DNA from: an uncultured Nitrospira sp.
GTDB lineage: Bacteria > Nitrospirota > Nitrospiria > Nitrospirales > Nitrospiraceae
Direction: 5' to 3'
Length of the DNA: 64,000 nt
NCBI GenBank assembly: GCA_964398045.1
Contig: CAYNLM010000001.1
Location: 13,964-77,963 of the forward strand
Shown one piece after another: positions 59,595 to 64,000 of the stretch. The stretch's first letter is position 1; the number at the start of each line of letters is the position of its first letter. The notes under the pieces were generated by a model that saw only the letters and a list, made by a program, of their open reading frames with translations, ran no database searches and was not told the origin of the DNA. Both the position numbers and the translations under genes were made by a program.

Positions 59595-60375
59595 ACCACA
59601 CCTCCTGTGTGATGAATGCCTTCCGAGGCCTTGCTCGATGACGGGAACTTTCCATTCATAAGGTGAGAAGACTAAGTAGGCTGACTTGGTAAGTCACCTG
59701 GCGCATTCGCCAGGTAGGAGTTGAGTGCACCAACCGGAGGCCCTCTGGGAGAGCAGAGGTGTAAGAAAGGTTCAGTGCCCGCGGTATACAGGGAGCCGAT
59801 GAAGCTCTACAAAACCGCGCCCATGTTTTACAAGACGTAATACATTGTTTGGGGCACCAGGTTGCTGGAAAAACTCGTTCGAGGGGTTGTCGAATCAATA
59901 TGGATCGTGCTACAGAGGTGCGGAGATTTCATCCAACTGGTGGTTGAGAAATGGGGGGTCGAGCTCACCACGAGAATTTGTAAATGGTCATTCGAGGCTC
60001 TGGCAGGGTGGAAAGCGAAACCTGACCAAGTTTGCGATCTGTCGTAGTGGACTTTTTCTTCTTTCTTTCTTCTGCTCGGAGGAAGGGGCTGGGCTCAAGT
60101 GCTCGGCGTGACGTCGTTTCGTTTGAACGTTTCAACTCATCATCTTTCTCATCCCCTAAGGGATCGTCGAGCCCTACCGTCGCGACATGCGTACAAGCGC
60201 GGGTACCGTACCGGTTGCCGGTTGCGGCAGCCATCGGCTGGCGGCAGCGACTGTTCGACGTTCCGTTCAAGCGGATGCTTGGAACGGAACTAGTTTCGCT
60301 GCTGAAGCAACCGGCGGCCTGGTACGGTCGAGCTGGAACGCCGGAGCAGCGGCAGGGGTCGCAATTCCTGTTCCC

Positions 60376-63099
60376 TCACGCCCCGTGGCACTTCTTGTAT
60401 TTCTTTCCGCTGCCGCAGGGGCAGGGATCGTTGCGGCCGACTTTGTCGTCGGTGCGATGGACGGTCTGCGGCGCGGTGGGTTCTTCGCCGCGGTTCAGAG
60501 TGAGCTTCGGTTGTGGACGTGAGATGACCGGCGGGGGTGGCGGCGCGCTGGGCGCCGGGCCTTCGTTCCTCACCGCTTGCACGCGGAAGAGCCGCTCGAG
60601 CGCGTCCGACTTAATCCGCTGCATCATGCCCGCGAACAGATCATACCCTTCCTTCTTATATTCAATCAGCGGATCTTTCTGTCCATAGCCGCGCAGGCCG
60701 ATGCCGTCGCGCAGGTGATCCATCGCCAGGAGATGATCCTTCCAATGGTGATCGATGACCTGCAGCATGAAGGTCTTTTCCAGGAACCGCATCAACTCGG
60801 AGCCGAGTTCCTGTTCCTTGCGCTCGTAGCCTTCATGCACCAGCTTCTTGAGATCTTCCGCAAGTGCGTCTCGGCCCAGTTCGCGGAGCGACGCGCCGTC
60901 GTCGTTCTTTCCCTGCGCGATGTCGAGGCCGAACTGCCCCTGCATCATTTCGGCCAGGCCTTTCATATCCCATTCTTCGGGATACTGTTCGGCCGGACAA
61001 TAGAGGGTCATGGCCGCCTCGACCACGCTGTCCATCATGTCGTGAATATCTTCTTTCAGATTGTGGCCGGCCAGCACGGCGTGGCGGTGCTGGTAAATCA
61101 CTTCCCGCTGCTTGTTCATCACGTCGTCATATTCGAGAAGCTGTTTGCGGATCTCGAAGTTGTGCGCCTCGACTTTCTTTTGCGCGTTGGCGATGGCGCG
61201 GGTCACCATGCCATGTTCGATGGGTACGCCTTCTTCCATGCCGAGTTTCAGCATGAGCTGCGACACGCGCTCGGAGGCGAAGATCCGCATCAAGTCGTCT
61301 TCCAGCGACAGGTAAAACCGCGACGAGCCCGGATCGCCCTGCCGGCCGGCGCGGCCCCGGAGCTGATTGTCGATCCGGCGGCTTTCGTGCCGCTCCGTGC
61401 CAAGGATATGGAGTCCGCCCGCAGCGACTACTTCCTGTTTGTCCTTCTCGCATTCGGCTTTGATCTGCTCATAGACCTCGAGCTTGCGATCTTCCGGCAG
61501 GCCCTCTTCCCGATACAGGATCTGTTTGAACAGGAAGTCCGGATTCCCGCCCAGCAGAATGTCGGTGCCGCGGCCGGCCATGTTGGTCGCGATGGTGACG
61601 GCGCCTTTGCGTCCGGCCTGCGCGACAATCTCGGCTTCCTTTTCGTGAAACTTGGCGTTCAACACATTGTGTTTGACGCCGTTGCGGTTCAACAATCCTG
61701 AGAGCCGCTCCGATTTCTCAATTGAAATGGTCCCGACCAGCACCGGCTGCCCGGTCTTATTGCATTCCTTTATTTCCTCGACGATCGCGGCGAACTTTTC
61801 TTTCTCCGTCCGGTAGACCACGTCGGCGTAGTCCTGGCGGATCATCTTCCGGTTGGTCGGCACGACGTTCACGTCGAGGTTGTAGATCTTGGCGAACTCG
61901 CCGGCTTCGGTATCGGCGGTGCCCGTCATGCCGGCCAGCTTCTTGTACATGCGGAAGTAGTTTTGGAACGTGACGGACGCGAGGGTCTGGTTCTCGTTCG
62001 CGATCTTGACGCCTTCCTTGGCTTCCACTGCCTGGTGCAACCCGTCGCTCCAACGGCGGCCCGGCATGAGGCGGCCGGTGAACTCATCGACGATGATGAC
62101 CTCGCCGTCCTTGACGACATAGTCCACGTCCCGCTTGTAGAGCGCGTGGGCCTGCAAGGCTTTCACGACGTGGTGGACGAGATCCATGTTGGCCGGGTCG
62201 TACAGGTTATCCACGCCCAGAAGTTTTTCCACGCGCGCGTTGCCGTCTTCGGTCAGGGACGCGGTCTTCGTCTTTTCCTCGATCGTGTAATCCTGCTCCG
62301 GCTTGAGCTGAGGAATGATGGCGTTGATCCGGTAGTAGAGATCCGTCGTTTGATCGGTCGGTCCGGAGATAATCAGCGGCGTCCGGGCTTCGTCGATCAA
62401 GATGCTGTCCACCTCGTCGACGATGGCGTAATTCAGTTCGCGCTGCACGCATTGGCTGAGGTCGCTGACGATCAAGTTATCGCGCAGGTAGTCGAACCCG
62501 TACTCGTTATTGGTGCCGTAGGTGATGTCCGCCCGATAGGCTTCTTGCCTGGTGCAGGGGCGGAGCGACTGCAACCGCCTGTCGGACGCATCGTACGAAG
62601 GGTCGTAGAGAAAGGAGGCGTCGTGCTGGATGACGCCGACCGAGAGTCCGAGCGCATGGTAGAGCTGCGCCATCCATTGCGCATCGCGCTTGGCGAGGTA
62701 ATCGTTGACGGTCACGAGATGGGCGCCCTTGCCTTCCAAGGCATTCAGGTACATCGGGAGCGTGGCGACCAAGGTTTTTCCCTCGCCCGTCTTCATTTCC
62801 GCGATGCGGCCTTTGTGCAAAATCATGCCGCCGATCAACTGCACGTCGAAGTGGCGCATGTTGAGCTTGCGGCGCGACATTTCCCGGCAGACCGCGAAGG
62901 CTTCCGGCAGGATGTCGTCCAGGGTTGCGCCGGCCGCCAGCCGCTTCTTGAATTCCGGGGTCTTGTCGGCGAGCGCTTGATCGGAGAGAGGGGCCAGGCC
63001 GGCTTCCATATCGTTGATGCGCGCCACGATCGGCATCAAGGCTTTGATTTCACGATCGTTCTTGCTTCCGAAGATGAGATTCAGGAGTTGTGTCAGCAT
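60376..63099 (-). CDS. secA: Preprotein translocase ATPase SecA
   Basis: '[19 protein letters not shown]', '[10 protein letters not shown]', '[19 protein letters not shown]', '[11 protein letters not shown]', and the C-terminal Zn motif '[14 protein letters not shown]'. Confidence 0.97.
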   Translation of the reverse strand: MLTQLLNLIFGSKNDREIKALMPIVARINDMEAGLAPLSDQALADKTPEFKKRLAAGATLDDILPEAFAVCREMSRRKLNMRHFDVQLIGGMILHKGRIAEMKTGEGKTLVATLPMYLNALEGKGAHLVTVNDYLAKRDAQWMAQLYHALGLSVGVIQHDASFLYDPSYDASDRRLQSLRPCTRQEAYRADITYGTNNEYGFDYLRDNLIVSDLSQCVQRELNYAIVDEVDSILIDEARTPLIISGPTDQTTDLYYRINAIIPQLKPEQDYTIEEKTKTASLTEDGNARVEKLLGVDNLYDPANMDLVHHVVKALQAHALYKRDVDYVVKDGEVIIVDEFTGRLMPGRRWSDGLHQAVEAKEGVKIANENQTLASVTFQNYFRMYKKLAGMTGTADTEAGEFAKIYNLDVNVVPTNRKMIRQDYADVVYRTEKEKFAAIVEEIKECNKTGQPVLVGTISIEKSERLSGLLNRNGVKHNVLNAKFHEKEAEIVAQAGRKGAVTIATNMAGRGTDILLGGNPDFLFKQILYREEGLPEDRKLEVYEQIKAECEKDKQEVVAAGGLHILGTERHESRRIDNQLRGRAGRQGDPGSSRFYLSLEDDLMRIFASERVSQLMLKLGMEEGVPIEHGMVTRAIANAQKKVEAHNFEIRKQLLEYDDVMNKQREVIYQHRHAVLAGHNLKEDIHDMMDSVVEAAMTLYCPAEQYPEEWDMKGLAEMMQGQFGLDIAQGKNDDGASLRELGRDALAEDLKKLVHEGYERKEQELGSELMRFLEKTFMLQVIDHHWKDHLLAMDHLRDGIGLRGYGQKDPLIEYKKEGYDLFAGMMQRIKSDALERLFRVQAVRNEGPAPSAPPPPPVISRPQPKLTLNRGEEPTAPQTVHRTDDKVGRNDPCPCGSGKKYKKCHGA

Positions 63100-63274
63100 G
63101 CCGTTCCCAAATGGTGAGCGCCGGGATGGCTTTCTAGAATATCGTCGGAGTATACAGCAAACTTTTCTTGAATCCTATCAGGAAGACAAGGAGTTCTGCA
63201 CGGAGACGATCTTGACTCTTTGTCCCGCACTACAGTAGCATTCGCCCCTAAGTTCCGTCCGGGTAAGACGCGAT

Positions 63275-63586
63275 ATGAACCGTACCTATGCAAAGAGAGC
63301 ACTCGCGGGTCTCTTGGTGCTCTGCGTCCTTGTCGTCGGCGGTCTCGCCTCGGCCCAGTCGATCACGCACGAGTCCCATCACGCGCATCATCAGAAAGCC
63401 ACACATGGCACCGTGCTCTGTTCCTGGATGTGTGCCGCCGGCCAAGTGCTGGATGGCGCCAGTGCGCCTGATCTGATCGAACGGTCACCCGTTACCATTG
63501 CAGATGAATCGGTCTTCCTCTTCACTCCGCAGATTGTTCTCGACAGCCCGACCTCCCGCGGCCCCCCGTTCCACTCTACGATCTAG
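63275..63586 (+). CDS. Small secreted His/Cys-rich protein (possible periplasmic metal-binding protein)
   Basis: Signal peptide 'ALAGLLVLCVLVVGGLASA', then 'HESHHAHHQKATHGTVLCSWMCAAG'. Confidence 0.45.
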   Translation: MNRTYAKRALAGLLVLCVLVVGGLASAQSITHESHHAHHQKATHGTVLCSWMCAAGQVLDGASAPDLIERSPVTIADESVFLFTPQIVLDSPTSRGPPFHSTI

Positions 63587-63737
63587 TTGACCTTGACAGG
63601 GGCGAATCTGTTTCGAGCCGAACATCGTTCGGCAAGGACGATTCGATCACCGTCAGATTTCCATACCCCTTGTGTTGTGAAGAAAGGCGTTTCCATGAGA
63701 GGACGCCTCGGAGAAAGCGGGAAGGGTCGTCAAAAAC

Positions 63738-64000
63738 ATGAACATTTGTCGCAGGTCCATTGCAGCGGCCATGTGTGCCGCGTTTATCAGCTCGATCTTC
63801 ATTGTGGCTCAGGCCGGCGCGTCGTGCGGGGCCGTCACGTGTTTTGTGGTCATCGGGTCGCAGCAACAGGTCCCTCTGGCCGGCCTCCTGACGGTCAACG
63901 GCATCTACAACTACACGCCGATGCGGTTGTTGAGTGGAACATCCGGAGTGATTCCAGCCGTGGACCAAGCAAGTCGGCAGATGATTCTCGATCATCACAA
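63738..64000 (+). CDS. Hypothetical secreted protein, 3'-truncated at window edge
   Basis: ATG at 63738 opens a frame with no stop to the end of the window. My translation is 'MNICRRSIAAAMCAAFISSIFIVAQAGASCGAVTCF...'. It has a signal-peptide-like N-terminus. It is absent from the ORF track because it has no stop. Confidence 0.4.
   Translation, partial: MNICRRSIAAAMCAAFISSIFIVAQAGASCGAVTCFVVIGSQQQVPLAGLLTVNGIYNYTPMRLLSGTSGVIPAVDQASRQMILDHH

Noticed and set aside
59656-60688. Several 60-218-aa ORFs in the non-coding stretch next to secA (59656-59898, 59845-60111, 59965-60270, 60032-60688).
   Set aside because: - The translations are implausible (poly-Lys/Ser/Arg runs, many Cys and Trp).
- None has an RBS.
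- The largest overlaps the secA 3' end antisense.
63576-63998. 140-aa minus-strand ORF at the right edge.
   Set aside because: It is antisense to the plus-strand ORF with a signal peptide starting at 63738. Its translation is Arg/His/Asp-rich with no motif or RBS.

Overview
High-GC bacterial chromosomal window (roughly 58-62% by eye, not computed). It is densely coding, and I recognised no rRNA, tRNA, CRISPR array, transposase or integrase.

Layout, left to right:
1. 1-6028 (+): the 3' half of a Tad/Flp pilus locus. It holds a 5'-truncated gene, a cpaE/tadZ-like gene, cpaF, tadB, tadC and a TPR lipoprotein.
2. 6364-14223 (+): a two-component block. It holds a CheY-like response regulator (RR), a 1315-aa multi-PAS/GAF histidine kinase, and three receiver fusions (HD-GYP, HDOD, degenerate HD-GYP).
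3. yqhA.
4. 15125-24682 (all minus strand): a signalling supercluster. It holds a hybrid PAS kinase with two receivers, a pseudo-receiver/DHp-only protein, and two HisKA_3 kinase/NarL-type RR pairs.
5. 24826-30349: an operon bracketed by two quorum-sensing-type LuxR regulators. It encodes a nitroreductase-fold protein, an atypical FabF-like ketosynthase (Cys-Cys-His instead of Cys-His-His) and a cytochrome P450, with no LuxI-type synthase in view. This is my top candidate for an undescribed signalling or small-molecule system.
6. Housekeeping genes: uvrC, dapF, VOC/glyoxalase, GNAT, polysaccharide deacetylase, M50/CBS protease and two membrane proteins.
7. 38970-54363 (-): a complete complex I operon, nuoA-B-CD-E-F-G-H-I-J-K-L-M-N, preceded by a MidA/NDUFAF7-family methyltransferase gene.
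   - The operon has unusually long intercistronic spacers.
   - Two spacers carry homologous ~120-nt long-hairpin elements with compensatory stems.
   - Several others carry low-complexity inverted 'word-repeat' elements whose 7-8-nt words all contain stop codons. The same style of element occurs in other intergenic regions of the window.
8. About 55.7-60.4 kb: a visibly lower-GC islet. It holds a DUF433/DUF5615 TA-like pair, a 137-nt element with perfect 20-bp terminal inverted repeats, and two secreted beta-propeller-type repeat proteins.
9. secA, a small His-rich secreted protein and a 3'-truncated ORF.

Gene content and style are reminiscent of Nitrospirota (Nitrospira-like) genomes. That is an inference I cannot verify here. 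All family assignments come from motifs read by eye in the supplied translations; no database search was run.
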